From: Candidatus Omnitrophota bacterium
Lineage (GTDB): Bacteria > Omnitrophota > Gorgyraeia > Gygaellales > UBA12090
NCBI GenBank assembly: GCA_030674475.1
Contig: JAUSCZ010000017.1
Location: 110,755 to 174,754 of the forward strand
Reading direction: 5' to 3'
Length of the DNA stretch: 64,000 nucleotides
The notes under the pieces are model-generated. The model was not told the DNA's origin, did no database searches, and saw only the letters and a program-made list of their open reading frames with translations. The position numbers and the translations under genes were made by a program. This document shows positions 19,471-30,599 of this stretch, in pieces. Every line of letters begins with the position of its first letter. Position 1 is the first letter of the stretch.

Positions 19471-20977
19471 ATTGATTTATTCCGGCTCTTAGCAAATAAA
19501 AATAATCGGTAATCTATGGCAAAAGAGAATATTTTATGTTTCCATCTCCAGCGCGCGATTACGGATAAAATCATAAACGCCGCGACAAACAAGGCTTTCT
19601 TAATCCGTGATTTTATCCGCTCTTTAACCCATCCAATCGTATCCGAATCCAAGAACATAAATATATAACTGGACAACATCGGGACAAAAAACTCCTGTTT
19701 GCGGGTAATCCAAGGGGTATGTCCTTCATATAAGCTGAAATTTCCCCATTCCTCCAGGCTCCGGGGCTCTTTAAAACCAAGCCTGAGCGCCTCTTGATAC
19801 AATGGCGTCCCGGGATAAGGGCAATAAATAAACATTAAGCCCCGGTGCCGGCTGTCCAAAGAAAGCAATTTATCGAACATATCCACCGTCAACTTAATCT
19901 GTTCGTCTGTTTTACGGGCAATCTCAGTGAAACTAAGATTAGCTATAGGCAATCCGACTAAGGTGGAAAATACCACTTTAATCCCATACTCATGGCATTT
20001 TTGAGCGAATTTTATGGTATCCTCAACAGTAATATCCTTATTAATAATCTTAAGGGCATCCTCATCCCCCGACTCCGCTCCGGTCAGGATACTGTAACAG
20101 CGGGTGGCCGCATAAGATCCCAGAGTTCATCATCAGCCTCAGCCAATTGCTTAGTCCTGCCGTCTATATTGCCCAGTCTGAGTGTCAGCCCCCGTTCCAG
20201 AATCCCTTTTAAAATCCCCTTGGCCCTCTTTATATCCACAAAGAAATTACTGTCATACATAGAGATACCGTTAACCTTAAATACTTTCTCCAGCCGCTCT
20301 AAATCCCGCACCACCGCCTCGGCATTCAAACCTACCCACCTTCTCTGATTGACCGTCTGCTCACAACAGAATCCGCAGCGATAGGGGCAGCCGTAGCTGG
20401 AGACATAATTAACTGTCCGGCCGCCGAACTCCGTCTCAATCAAACACTTCTCCACATCCACCAAATGATATGGAATCGCCGGCATGCCGTCCAAAGCCAT
20501 CAGCGGTCGGTCAGGATTAGAAAAGACGCGCCCGTTTTCTTTCCAATGCACTCCCGGAATACTTTCATAATTCTTTCCGGATTCTATTCTCTTTACTACC
20601 TCATAAAACGCTATCTCCCCCTGCCCCTTGACTACTATATCAATATACGGATTCTCCATGACCTGTTTTGGATACAACGAGGGATGCCAGCCTCCCCATA
20701 TAACCTTAATATCCTTGTTGGCTTCCTTGGCTATCCGGCTGGCCTTTATCCCGTCATAAATCTGATGACCGGTCATTGAAGAAACGCCAAAGACAAAGGC
20801 ATCTTTTGCCTCCCGGGCAATAATCTCAAAGTGATTATCATAGAGATTCTCGCTGATTATTTGAATAGGATAACCATCTTTATCCAGAAAACGGGAAACG
20901 CATAATAATGATAACGGTATGTCTACCGGCTTTAAATGCGGATTAGGCCGGGGATTGTATAGTATAATTTTTCTCAT
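19467..20977 (-). pseudogene. Cobalamin-binding radical SAM enzyme split by one -1 frameshift (possibly an assembly error)
   Basis: SSYGCPYRCGFC; adding one G near 20108 (ATG CGG GCC) restores ILTGAESG and continuity into the 19467-19976 piece (YCPYPGT). Confidence 0.82.
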
Positions 20978-21008
20978 CTCAACTTAGTTTCTATGATCCA
21001 TCTTCGCG

Positions 21009-22745
21009 CTATTTTAAGATATTAAGGTCAAACCATAATTCAAACACCAATAGCCTCCAGAGCAGGATTTTATTCTCTAACTCCCGGAGACCGCTTCGCG
21101 GAATAAACAAAGTCCTGATTTTTTCTAACCCTAAGGCGCAGGCTGAAAAACTGTCTTCGCGCAGTAAAATGTCTTCGGCGTATTTCTTAAGCTCTCCGTT
21201 CAACCATTTAGTTATGGGGACCAGGAAGCCGCGTTTTTTCCGGTTTACGATTTCCGAAGGCAGTTTGTTCTCCATAAATTTTCTTAATATATATTTATTA
21301 GTTAAACCCCTCATTTTAAACCCCGCCGGCAAAGCCGCGGCAAATTCTATCAGTTTATGGTCCAAAAACGGGGCCCGTGCCTCCAGGGAATGGGCCATAG
21401 TCATTTTATCCACCTTCATCAGAAGGCAATTGGGCAGGAGATTTTCTAACTCAAAAAACATCATCCGGGATAAGAAATCCCGCCTGCCGCCTTTTAAGTT
21501 AAAACGCTCCTTAAATTCCTTATAGATATCCGGCTGATTTTTCTTCCTGCGGTAAAAAGTATTCAGATAAAAATAAAGGCGGTTCTTAATTGCTCCGGGG
21601 ATAAGCGCAAAACCAGGGCTGGAGAGACGATGCCAGGAATATCCGGCAAATAACTCATCCGCTCCCTCTCCCACCAGAATAACTTTAACATATTGTTTAA
21701 CCACCTCCGCTATCATATAAGTAGCAAAAGCCCCGCCGTCGGCAATAGGCTCATCCATATGCCAGACAATCTTCTTAAGGGTAAGAGCTAAATTAGCCGG
21801 CTTCACAATAAACTCCCGGTGTTCAGTATTAAACTCACCAGAAACTATCCGGGCATATTTAAACTCATCGCTTTCCTCACCGAAACCCGCGGAAAATGTC
21901 CTTATTGATTTTACCCCGCTCCCTGAGATCAAGGCCACGATACTGCTGGAGTCCAGGCCTCCGGAAAGCAAAACCCCCAAGGGGACATCGCTGACTAGCC
22001 TCAAGTTTGCGGACTCTTCCAGGAGATGACCCATCCGATCCATAGCCTTATCCGCGGAAATATCCCCTGTGGAATTGACAATCTTACGGATTGACCAATA
22101 TTCGCGCAGTTTAACCGTGCCATTTTCTGCTATCAGCATATTTCCCGGTGGAACCCGAAAAATATTCTTAACCGCGGTTTCAACCCCCGGGACATACTGA
22201 AAAGCCAGAAAAGAATAAAAACCCTCCATATTCACTTCCCTGGGAATCTCCCGACAGCACAAAAGCGATTTTAACTCCGAGGCAAAAATCAACCTCTCAC
22301 CGTTTTGCCAATAATAAAGCGGTTTCTTACCAATACGATCCCGACAGATAATCAGTCGTCTTTTATTACTATCCCAAAGCGCGAAGGCAAACATCCCTCT
22401 AAAATTATCCACACAAGATAGTCCGTTCTCCTCGTAAGAATGCAGAATAACCTCGCTGTCGGTATGGCTTCTAAAGATATGCCCTTTATTTTCCAACTCC
22501 GCCCGCAAATCCCGGAAGTTATAAATCTCGCCGTTAAAGGCCAGCCAAATAGTATTATCCTCATTAGCCATCGGCTGTCTTCCTTGAGGGCTTAAATCAA
22601 TGATGCTCAACCTCCTATGGCCCAAACTCACCCGCTCATCCTCATAAAAACCCGAATCATCCGGGCCGCGATGGACTAAAACCCCGGCCATTGCTTCCAA
22701 CAACGGCCTATCTTTCATACCATAAAAACCACAAATCCCGCACAC
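21009..22745 (-). CDS. asnB: Asparagine synthase (glutamine-hydrolysing) family amidotransferase, likely glycan-modifying
   Basis: MCGICG Ntn start, HRGPD, RRLSIIDL, FNGEIYN, LSGGLDSS, GEGADELF. Confidence 0.9.
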   Translation of the reverse strand: MCGICGFYGMKDRPLLEAMAGVLVHRGPDDSGFYEDERVSLGHRRLSIIDLSPQGRQPMANEDNTIWLAFNGEIYNFRDLRAELENKGHIFRSHTDSEVILHSYEENGLSCVDNFRGMFAFALWDSNKRRLIICRDRIGKKPLYYWQNGERLIFASELKSLLCCREIPREVNMEGFYSFLAFQYVPGVETAVKNIFRVPPGNMLIAENGTVKLREYWSIRKIVNSTGDISADKAMDRMGHLLEESANLRLVSDVPLGVLLSGGLDSSSIVALISGSGVKSIRTFSAGFGEESDEFKYARIVSGEFNTEHREFIVKPANLALTLKKIVWHMDEPIADGGAFATYMIAEVVKQYVKVILVGEGADELFAGYSWHRLSSPGFALIPGAIKNRLYFYLNTFYRRKKNQPDIYKEFKERFNLKGGRRDFLSRMMFFELENLLPNCLLMKVDKMTMAHSLEARAPFLDHKLIEFAAALPAGFKMRGLTNKYILRKFMENKLPSEIVNRKKRGFLVPITKWLNGELKKYAEDILLREDSFSACALGLEKIRTLFIPRSGLRELENKILLWRLLVFELWFDLNILK

Positions 22746-23909
22746 TTAATTTAACCTCTCCAATATTTGCCGGGCGGTTTTCTCCCAGTTGAATGCCTGG
22801 CTTACTTCTTGCGCCTGGAGAGAAATCCTCTCCCTCAAGCTATTATCCGAAAGCAGATCCAAAATCAATTTTGCCAGGCCATTAATATCGCCAATCTCAG
22901 CCTTAAGCATCCCGGCAGGATAAATCTCCGTATAAACCGGAAGCGCGTAAGCCACAACCGGCAGACCGCAGGCCATCCCTTCCGCGGCCGCCATTCCAAA
23001 ACTCTCATAGGTGCTTGGGAAAACCAGCAGTTTTGAAGACTTCAGGACCTGAAACTTGCTGATTCCGGATAAGAATCCCAGAAACTTAATGTTAGAGGAT
23101 AATCCTTCCTCCCGAACTCTCTTCTTCACCGCGTCCATATTAGTATCCGTGCCGATAATGGCTAAAAGCGCATCCGGCAGGTTAGCGCGGACTATTTTCC
23201 AGGCCTCTACAAGATCAAAAAATCCTTTTTGTTGATGAAATCTGCCTATATAGCAGGCGCTGAACTCTTCTTTTTGCTTAAGCGCGCTGTTTATAGCCGG
23301 CCAATCCACCGCCCCATAGGTCACTAAAACCTGCTCCGGAGAGAATCCCCGCTTCAGCAGGAATACCCGGTCTAAAGAGTTAGAAACCATAACCAGACTG
23401 ACATACCTGCGCATAAAAAATAAGACTAACCGCTGGCTAAGATAATAATATACGTTTTTAATCTCCGGGAAGATAACCCCGCCGGAAGATATCTTTCTAA
23501 AACCCTTGAACGGATTAGGCGCAATTAAATGCAGTCCGGATATCCATTTCAAAGAGGGTAACCTCAACTTACTATATAAGGCCGGGATACTGTCTGGAAG
23601 TAAATCAGAAGAAGAATAAATCACCCCTTCCCGGATCCCCTTTTCCTTCAGCTTGCGGAATAACATACCTGAGGTCTTAAATGCCCTCCAGAGATATACC
23701 CCGGCTATCAACACCACGCTCTTAACCAAACTCTTAGAAGTTATCCAGCATTCCAATCCTTCATATCTTTTCCGGCCAGACTCAGGGATAATCATAGTCA
23801 CCAGATGTCCGTAAGAAACGAATATCCTGGCCCAGGATAAGGCCCGCTGGTCAGAGCCGCTCATCCCTTGCGCGTTCAGCAAACCGTTATTAAGGATATA
23901 AAACTTCAC
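22746..23909 (-). CDS. GT4 (GT-B) glycosyltransferase
   Basis: GRFHQQKG, PSTYESFGMAAAEGMACGLPVV. Confidence 0.88.
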   Translation of the reverse strand: MKFYILNNGLLNAQGMSGSDQRALSWARIFVSYGHLVTMIIPESGRKRYEGLECWITSKSLVKSVVLIAGVYLWRAFKTSGMLFRKLKEKGIREGVIYSSSDLLPDSIPALYSKLRLPSLKWISGLHLIAPNPFKGFRKISSGGVIFPEIKNVYYYLSQRLVLFFMRRYVSLVMVSNSLDRVFLLKRGFSPEQVLVTYGAVDWPAINSALKQKEEFSACYIGRFHQQKGFFDLVEAWKIVRANLPDALLAIIGTDTNMDAVKKRVREEGLSSNIKFLGFLSGISKFQVLKSSKLLVFPSTYESFGMAAAEGMACGLPVVAYALPVYTEIYPAGMLKAEIGDINGLAKLILDLLSDNSLRERISLQAQEVSQAFNWEKTARQILERLN

Positions 23910-25419
23910 TTTTGTATATCTTGGCCCGGATTTTTCCGGCCAGCAGGGTCTTTAAATAAAACAACTCGTTATGAATTACCGTAAAGAAAACAAAACCCGT
24001 TCCCGCGCGGATATTCAAGATGAATTTAACTAATAAAATCACTGCCGAAGGCAGCCCTAATAACATTCTCCTAAAAATATTATCTTCTATTATCTTAGCG
24101 GCAAAACGCTGCGGCAAAATCGGCAATATCGTAAATAACAAGGCATAGCGGCGATAGTCTCCGCGGGAATCCAATTGAATATTGATATAATTGGCGGCTA
24201 AGCCGCGGTTGATTAAATCCCGGGAATCCTCCCTAAGCGCCCCGGCCCTTATGCCGTGTTCTATAATCTTTGTATTCGGGAAATAAGCCAGGTTGAAAGA
24301 ATGTATCATATTTGGGCGCAATTCATTATAAAAACTAAAGGATTCCTTAATCGTGTCCGGGGTATCAAAAGGGATATTCAGAATATTATCCAGGGAGAAT
24401 TTAAGTTTTGATTCCTTGAGGAATCCTACCGCCTTACGGTATTCCTCATTGCTCTCCGGACGATCCAATATCTCCCGGCGGATCCGTTCACAGCCGGACT
24501 GCAGGCCCAACAATACCAGGTTACAATAAGACAATTTAAGCAGACTACAAGTCTCCTTATCCAAAAAACGCGTATGGGTAAGACAGCTATACGGCAGGTG
24601 GATATCCCTGGCATAACTCAAAGCGAAATCCGCCAGCCAATCCTTATTAAAAGTGAATAAATCATCCATAAATAATATATACTTCGGCGCATATCTTGAT
24701 TTTATCTCTTTAAGCTCGGCAATCACGCTATGCGGGCTTCTGCGCCTTAAATAACTTCCCTTATCCTTATACACCTGGGATATGGCATTATTGGCACAAT
24801 AAGCGCAGCGGTAAGGGCAGCCGTAGCTGGTAAGCATAATCGGATACTTGCTATAGGAACGCGGCAGTTGGGCGTATAAAGACCACCTGTCCGGAAAAGG
24901 GAGAGCATCCAAATCTTGAGTTAAAAGCCGGATCTCATTTCTGATAACCCTGCCTGATTCCTTAAACCAGATATTCCTTATGGTGTAGTTCCTATTTTTG
25001 TCCTTTAGCCCCCGCAATAACTCTAACAGCGGACCCTCGCCTTCCCCCACGCAGACCATATCAACCGCGGATTCTTTAATCACCACTTCCGGAACCAGGG
25101 TCGCGTGGATCCCTCCGAAGATAACCGGCACATCCATATTCCTCTTGATTTCTCCGGCCATTCCCAAAGCCCACTGATAATTGGAAGTAAAAACTGAAAA
25201 TCCGATAATATCCGGAGAAAACTCTTTTAGCCGGCTAAGAATCAAACCTCGCCGACTAAAGAGTTCCGATAAATATTTATTATTCGCGTAGGCCTTGCCG
25301 AATTGCTTAGGGTCAAAAATAACCTTGACCTCATGCCCGTTTTTCTTCAAAAACGCCGACAGGCAGGCCACGCTCAAAGAAAAATCTTCCGCGCAAAGTA
25401 AGGCTAATTTCATAATCAA
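23890..25419 (-). CDS. Cobalamin-binding radical SAM enzyme
   Basis: IFGGIHAT, GEGE, TSYGCPYRCAYC, GLQSG. Confidence 0.88.
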   Translation of the reverse strand: MIMKLALLCAEDFSLSVACLSAFLKKNGHEVKVIFDPKQFGKAYANNKYLSELFSRRGLILSRLKEFSPDIIGFSVFTSNYQWALGMAGEIKRNMDVPVIFGGIHATLVPEVVIKESAVDMVCVGEGEGPLLELLRGLKDKNRNYTIRNIWFKESGRVIRNEIRLLTQDLDALPFPDRWSLYAQLPRSYSKYPIMLTSYGCPYRCAYCANNAISQVYKDKGSYLRRRSPHSVIAELKEIKSRYAPKYILFMDDLFTFNKDWLADFALSYARDIHLPYSCLTHTRFLDKETCSLLKLSYCNLVLLGLQSGCERIRREILDRPESNEEYRKAVGFLKESKLKFSLDNILNIPFDTPDTIKESFSFYNELRPNMIHSFNLAYFPNTKIIEHGIRAGALREDSRDLINRGLAANYINIQLDSRGDYRRYALLFTILPILPQRFAAKIIEDNIFRRMLLGLPSAVILLVKFILNIRAGTGFVFFTVIHNELFYLKTLLAGKIRAKIYKSEVLYP

Positions 25420-25420
25420 T

Positions 25421-26533
25421 CTACAACCGGTTTAACAATGTCTTTTTATTCAGATTTCTTAATATAGTCATCTTATCTCTGCTCTTTAATATCCAGCGCG
25501 CCACATCCCAGGGAGCCACAATCGCCGAAGAGCTCACCTCGCATTCACACCAACACTTGCAGCTATTAAGCTTCTTGCGCAGTTCCCAGGCCTGCCGGTT
25601 AATTACCATGTCCCTAAAGGCCTTACCCTTGATATTACCAAAAGCCTCATTCCTCAAGATGCAGGGATGCACCTCGCCATAAGGATCAATCACATACGAG
25701 GTATATCCGGAATAACAAGGAAGCGCGCGCTTTGACTCACCGGTTATTTGCCGGCGCAGGTTATCCATAAAGTAATGATACTGAAAATCACGCAGTTCTT
25801 CGGTAATCACCTTAAGCTGTTCCTGGGTAAACTGTTTTTTCCTATCCGGGTTGCCGAAATACTCGCAATTCTCGGCCATAAAACAAGAGAATTCACAGCC
25901 CATGGCCTCCACCTGCTTAGCCACTTCTCTGATCTTATTAAAATTAACCGGGGTTAAGGTCATCCCGCAGGTAATTCCGCTTATGCCCAGCTCCTTAGCA
26001 TATTGAATAGTGGTAAGAGCTTTAGTATACGCGTCTTTAATTCCCCTTACTTCGTTATGTACATCTCCTATCCCATCCAAAGATACCGCTATCTTAAAAT
26101 TAGGGTAGAAACTTAATATCTCCCGCATCTTAGCCCTTATTATATCCGGCAGCAGGCCATTAGTCTGCACACCCATATCCACCCAGGGCAATTGCGAATG
26201 CACCACCTTGATTATTTCCACTATGTCTTTTCTTAAAAAGGCCTCTCCGCCGGTAAACCCGATACTCTTAATATCCGATAAAAACTCTTTATTTCGTTTA
26301 ACAAAACCGGTAATATCGTTAAGAGTAAGCTCATCAGCAATATTTTTCTTAAACCTATCGCTATCTTTATCGTATTTTTGCCAAATATCGCACATAATGC
26401 ATTTAGAATTACACATATAGGTCACAATGAAATTTATAAACAGCGGCTTTACCGGCTTCTTAAGACCACGGCTTAGCTTATAGCCCAAGGAAGAAAATAG
26501 GCGTCTTTTGGCCAACATAAACAACTTTATCAT
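25421..26533 (-). CDS. Radical SAM protein with SPASM/twitch domain
   Basis: CNSKCIMC, TGGE, TNG, C-terminal CYSG..IDPYGEVHPC..CKCWCEC. Confidence 0.85.
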   Translation of the reverse strand: MIKLFMLAKRRLFSSLGYKLSRGLKKPVKPLFINFIVTYMCNSKCIMCDIWQKYDKDSDRFKKNIADELTLNDITGFVKRNKEFLSDIKSIGFTGGEAFLRKDIVEIIKVVHSQLPWVDMGVQTNGLLPDIIRAKMREILSFYPNFKIAVSLDGIGDVHNEVRGIKDAYTKALTTIQYAKELGISGITCGMTLTPVNFNKIREVAKQVEAMGCEFSCFMAENCEYFGNPDRKKQFTQEQLKVITEELRDFQYHYFMDNLRRQITGESKRALPCYSGYTSYVIDPYGEVHPCILRNEAFGNIKGKAFRDMVINRQAWELRKKLNSCKCWCECEVSSSAIVAPWDVARWILKSRDKMTILRNLNKKTLLNRL

Positions 26534-26544
26534 ATCTGCTTTTC

Positions 26545-27375
26545 CTATTCTTTAATTGCCTTTACTAAAATTGCCGCGCAAGACCTTTCTTTAGACTGTG
26601 AATCATTGCCTCTGTCAATAATCTCTAAAATCCGATAACCCAGGCGGATCAACTTGGACTGTTTATCTTTCGCGGCGGAGAATTTATCCGAGGTATTACT
26701 CATACCTTTCGGCAACACCCCGCTTAAAAGCAATTTCTTTAAACCGTACAGGATAATATGATTAAAAGGCACGCAGTAATGGGTCAAAAACTCCGCGGCC
26801 TTAACCTTGAATCCGGCCTGCCGGATTAAGGCCTCAATTTCCTCCCTATAATAAAGCCGAAGATGCATATTCCATATCCCGGCCCAGAATCCTGATTTTA
26901 TGTGTTTGTCCAGACAACGCTCAAGCATCCAGTTGAGCGGATCCCATAAAAACGGATAGTTATGATTGGGCACCGTAATAATAAGCATGCCTTCCGGCTT
27001 AAGTATCCTTAATATTTCCTTGAGAGCGCCGAGATCATCTTCAACATGCTCCAGTACTTCCGTAGAAAATATCTTACTGAAGGAATTATCCTTATATGGC
27101 AAGGCCCCTATGCGGCCTTGGACCAGAGGCACGCCCATATCCTTCGTATACCCCTGGGCCAGTCTTAAAGACCCTCCATTTAAATCAAAACCGAAAATAG
27201 CGACCCCGAAGAGTTCCTTTATTGTCTTTAAATATAATCCGTCGCCACAGCCACAATCAAGTATAGAATCAAAAAGACTTATATTCAAACCCTTAACAAT
27301 ACTCAACACCCTTCTTTTAAGAGCCATATCCCCGATATTCGCGGTCAAGGATCCCAGTTTTTTAAGATCTGTCAT
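26545..27375 (-). CDS. Class I SAM-dependent methyltransferase
   Basis: ILDCGCGDG, TEVLEH, LKPEG..ITVPN. Confidence 0.88.
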   Translation of the reverse strand: MTDLKKLGSLTANIGDMALKRRVLSIVKGLNISLFDSILDCGCGDGLYLKTIKELFGVAIFGFDLNGGSLRLAQGYTKDMGVPLVQGRIGALPYKDNSFSKIFSTEVLEHVEDDLGALKEILRILKPEGMLIITVPNHNYPFLWDPLNWMLERCLDKHIKSGFWAGIWNMHLRLYYREEIEALIRQAGFKVKAAEFLTHYCVPFNHIILYGLKKLLLSGVLPKGMSNTSDKFSAAKDKQSKLIRLGYRILEIIDRGNDSQSKERSCAAILVKAIKE

Positions 27376-27380
27376 TTGGT

Positions 27381-28532
27381 TTATCTTGAAATATAAGCAT
27401 CCGTGATAATCCGGGCATTAGCCACTCCGAACCTCTTTAAAGCGTAAGCGCGACAATTATCTTTAAGTGCCTTCAATTTTTCCCGATCATAGAACAATTT
27501 CAGTATGGCAGACTTAAAGGCTTGGACATCCGGCTCAACCAGCACACCCACAGTCTCATCCACCGCCTCCGGGATGCCTCCTCTATCAGAAGCAACTACC
27601 GGTGTTCCGCAAGACAAAGACTCCAATATGACCCTACCAAAACCTTCATCATATTTAGACGGAACGCATACAATATCAGCGGCGGAATAACAAGCCGGCA
27701 AGTCCTTATTATCAACTTTCCCTAGGTACTTAACATTAATCAGCCCTATTGAAGCCTTTCTTACGATTCCCTCAAATGGCCCGTCCCCGGCAAAAACAAA
27801 AGCAATATCTTCCCTAATCTGCTCTGCCGCCTCAAGGAGGATATCCGCCCCTTTCTTTTCAATTAATCTTCCCGCGAAAAAAACAGTAAATTTATCCGGC
27901 CAGCCTAAGCTATTTCTCGCCGCTTCCCGCAAAATAGGAAAAAAACGCCGCTGGTCAACCCAATAGGTATAAACGCCAATAAGTTTATCCTTCAAGCCGA
28001 TTCTGACTAATTCTTCTTTAGAGGCTGATGATAATGTAAGCACCTTCCCGGCGCCAGATAGCGTCCATTTAATTAACTTGGACAGCCTTGAAAAAGGTTT
28101 AAGATTATATATGGCGTGTATGCTGACCACCAGCCTTTTAGAAAAAAGCGGCGACAGAAGACGGCCGATAAAAGCGGCATTAAACCCCTGGGCGTGGATT
28201 ACAGTTATGCTCCGGCCGCGAACTAACAATAAAATAAAGGCATTAAGAAATAACAGTGGGGTAAGATATAGAAACTCCAGTATGGGATAAGGTTCTAACT
28301 TATGGAATAAATTATACCCTGCCCAGGGTATTCTTATTATCCTTAAACAACCGTTATTCTCAAATACCGGAGCTTTGGCTTTCGTGGTAAGCGGCTGATA
28401 AGTTAAAACAAAGATTTTATATTCACTGGCTGAGCGCAGATAATCAGTCAGATCCTTTAAGTGGGTCTCAACGCCTCCGGTATTAGGCTCATAAAAAGGG
28501 GTTAAAATCAGTATCCCGGTTTCTTTAGACAT
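27381..28532 (-). CDS. GT4 (GT-B) glycosyltransferase
   Basis: GGVE, GRLIEKKG, PSKYDEGFGRVILESLSCGTPVV. Confidence 0.88.
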   Translation of the reverse strand: MSKETGILILTPFYEPNTGGVETHLKDLTDYLRSASEYKIFVLTYQPLTTKAKAPVFENNGCLRIIRIPWAGYNLFHKLEPYPILEFLYLTPLLFLNAFILLLVRGRSITVIHAQGFNAAFIGRLLSPLFSKRLVVSIHAIYNLKPFSRLSKLIKWTLSGAGKVLTLSSASKEELVRIGLKDKLIGVYTYWVDQRRFFPILREAARNSLGWPDKFTVFFAGRLIEKKGADILLEAAEQIREDIAFVFAGDGPFEGIVRKASIGLINVKYLGKVDNKDLPACYSAADIVCVPSKYDEGFGRVILESLSCGTPVVASDRGGIPEAVDETVGVLVEPDVQAFKSAILKLFYDREKLKALKDNCRAYALKRFGVANARIITDAYISR

Positions 28533-29377
28533 AACCTTACGGGCTGACTTCCAACTCCCGCTCCAGGATTAAACACGTAAGCCAATCCTACCGACAAACG
28601 CAAGAAATACATCGCCAGAGCTAACAATGGACGCGAGAATAAACGCCGGGATTTACCTTTTTCCATAAAAACCCCAAAATACCGGTAGCCCATCCCCATT
28701 TGTCTTTTTATTATCCTGTCCTGCTTGCCCCATTTACGCGCGTAACGCTCAAAATCCCGGGTGTAATAAAGTTTTTTCTCCATATATTTTTTTAAATCGA
28801 AATTATCTTCATTATGATAAAGGCAGGAGTTAATTACCGCTGTTTCTCCAGCAGAGCTTATCCTGCGGTCAAAATCCCAGTCCTCGGGACCGGTGAGGGC
28901 TTCATCAAAACCTCCGATTTCCTGAAACTTGCCTTTCCTTACAAACCTCACCGCGTCAATGCAGGTGGCGTTGTAGAAACCGCGCTCAAAATCTCTTACC
29001 TTTATCCAGAAACCCTCGCCGACGATTCTTTCGGGGATATACAAAGCAATATAATTGCCGGATTCACACTTATCCACACACTCCTTAATAACATCCGGGG
29101 ATAAGACCATATCCGAATCAAGATAAAGGATATATTTCCCTTTTGCCTGCCTGACTCCAAAATTACGCTGCGCGGAACGCTCCGGGCCAAAATTAAATAC
29201 TTTATCTGTATATTTAAATGCGCTTTCTTTTGTCTTATCTTGTGAATTATTATCTACTACAATTATCTCTATTTTATCCCGCGGGTAGCTTTGTTTTCTA
29301 ATTGAATTCAAGCATTCCGTGATATTTTTTTCTTCATTTCTGGTAGTAACTATCACGGAAATATCAATGGGAACCAT
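28508..29377 (-). CDS. GT2 glycosyltransferase
   Basis: ISVIVTTRNEE, VDNNS.D.T, LDSD, GGFDE..EDWD; start moved to ATG 29377. Confidence 0.85.
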   Translation of the reverse strand: MVPIDISVIVTTRNEEKNITECLNSIRKQSYPRDKIEIIVVDNNSQDKTKESAFKYTDKVFNFGPERSAQRNFGVRQAKGKYILYLDSDMVLSPDVIKECVDKCESGNYIALYIPERIVGEGFWIKVRDFERGFYNATCIDAVRFVRKGKFQEIGGFDEALTGPEDWDFDRRISSAGETAVINSCLYHNEDNFDLKKYMEKKLYYTRDFERYARKWGKQDRIIKRQMGMGYRYFGVFMEKGKSRRLFSRPLLALAMYFLRLSVGLAYVFNPGAGVGSQPVRLCLKKPGY

Positions 29378-29404
29378 CTTGATTGTTAAGAGAGGGGTAG
29401 AATG

Positions 29405-29499
29405 TGCTTTATATGCCTTATCCGTCAAAGCCTGTACTCGGAATCCTCAAGGGCAATTCGCCGGACAATTCCGTGAACCTGGTAGCCTTTTTCTAATAT
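29405..29499 (-). pseudogene. gmd: Fragment of GDP-mannose 4,6-dehydratase N-terminal region
   Basis: Reads ILEKGYQVHGIVRRIALEDSEYRL*RIRHI, matching the Gmd KGYEVHGxxRR motif, with an internal stop and no start. Confidence 0.6.
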
Positions 29500-29509
29500 G
29501 ATAAACCCT

Positions 29510-29554
29510 ATTCACCCCCGAGAAACAGTAAAAACTGCACATCGGGGGTGTTTA
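29510..29554. repeat. 45-bp palindromic direct repeat, left copy
   Basis: ATTCACCCCCGAGAAACAGTAAAAACTGCACATCGGGGGTGTTTA; 3 mismatches to the copy at 33061-33105. Confidence 0.9.
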
Positions 29555-29559
29555 AGGGT

Positions 29560-29994
29560 TCATTTAGACTTCTCTTCCCGTTCCAGAATTTTCTCTAACA
29601 GTTTTTTTATCAACGCGCGCTGGGTGGCGAACATAGTGATCGCTTCCCAGCGAAAGTTTAGGTAGCGATGCGCGAGACGATTTCTCTGTAGAGCTAATTT
29701 AGCTAAATTTTCCTGTTCTTCATTAGAAAAACCCAGCTTTTTGGCGGATGCGCTGAGAACCTGGACATAACTTTCTGTAGAGATGCCTTCCTGAGTAAGC
29801 AATGTGCCGCATACCTCAATAAGGGCGGTAAGGATATTTTCCACCGTCCGGTCCATCAACTTCTGCAATTTTCTATCTTCAAGATAGTCTGTCCGGCTCT
29901 TAGGCGAGTAATCCTGCTCAAACTCTTTTAATTCCGCCATAATAAATTGCAAAGATTCCGCGATCCTTCCTTGCGCGTATTTAAATTCAGCCAT
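29560..29994 (-). CDS. HEPN (HepT/DUF86-like) RNase toxin
   Basis: RNRLAH (Rx4H) motif; coupled to the upstream MNT; start at ATG 29994. Confidence 0.85.
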   Translation of the reverse strand: MAEFKYAQGRIAESLQFIMAELKEFEQDYSPKSRTDYLEDRKLQKLMDRTVENILTALIEVCGTLLTQEGISTESYVQVLSASAKKLGFSNEEQENLAKLALQRNRLAHRYLNFRWEAITMFATQRALIKKLLEKILEREEKSK

Positions 29995-30427
29995 AGAACA
30001 CCTCCCGCATAATTTTTCTGGAGACATCATTCTGCCACTTAACCCCGAAAATCCGGAAATCTTCCATTTGAAAAAGTGCCTCCAGCCTCAGGCTCAGGAA
30101 TTTATCATTGTCTTTTATGTATAAAGGCAACCCAAAGATTATTATATTATAGTATAGCATCGGATGGTCAAAATCAGGATTAATATTGACGATATTAACT
30201 TCTTTCTTCAGCTCCGGGGTTAGCTTATATGAAATATCGGTAATCAAAGAGTGAATCTTAAAAAGATCCTTAACTCTTTGGCCAAAAAGTATTCCCAAGT
30301 CAATATCCGATTCTATCTTAGGATATCCACCCGCGAATGAGCCATACAAAAAAACCATCTCTAGATCAAACTGCTCCGCCTTTTCCAGAAAAAAAGCGCT
30401 TAGTTTAGAAACAATAAAATCTTTCAT
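29987..30427 (-). CDS. MNT (MntA-like) nucleotidyltransferase antitoxin
   Basis: FLYGSFAGG..ESDIDLGI; MNT-HEPN gene pair. Confidence 0.85.
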   Translation of the reverse strand: MKDFIVSKLSAFFLEKAEQFDLEMVFLYGSFAGGYPKIESDIDLGILFGQRVKDLFKIHSLITDISYKLTPELKKEVNIVNINPDFDHPMLYYNIIIFGLPLYIKDNDKFLSLRLEALFQMEDFRIFGVKWQNDVSRKIMREVFYG

Positions 30428-30599
30428 TCTTAATTTTGGTTTCTTTAAAGTTCTGGGTGGGTCAATTCATTCGTTGACCGCAAAGCCACTTTTTTACCCC
30501 TCCCCGCCTCCCCTTGGTAAGGGGAGGATTTCAAATAACTTACCCTCTTGAAATTCCAAAGAGCCAAAACTTCCTCGCGTTCAACATTAAGGTAACATT

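Noticed and set aside
29405-29499. TGA at a probable Trp position suggesting UGA recoding
   Set aside because: Many intact genes here end in TGA and Trp is encoded by TGG; the fragment is a pseudogene.
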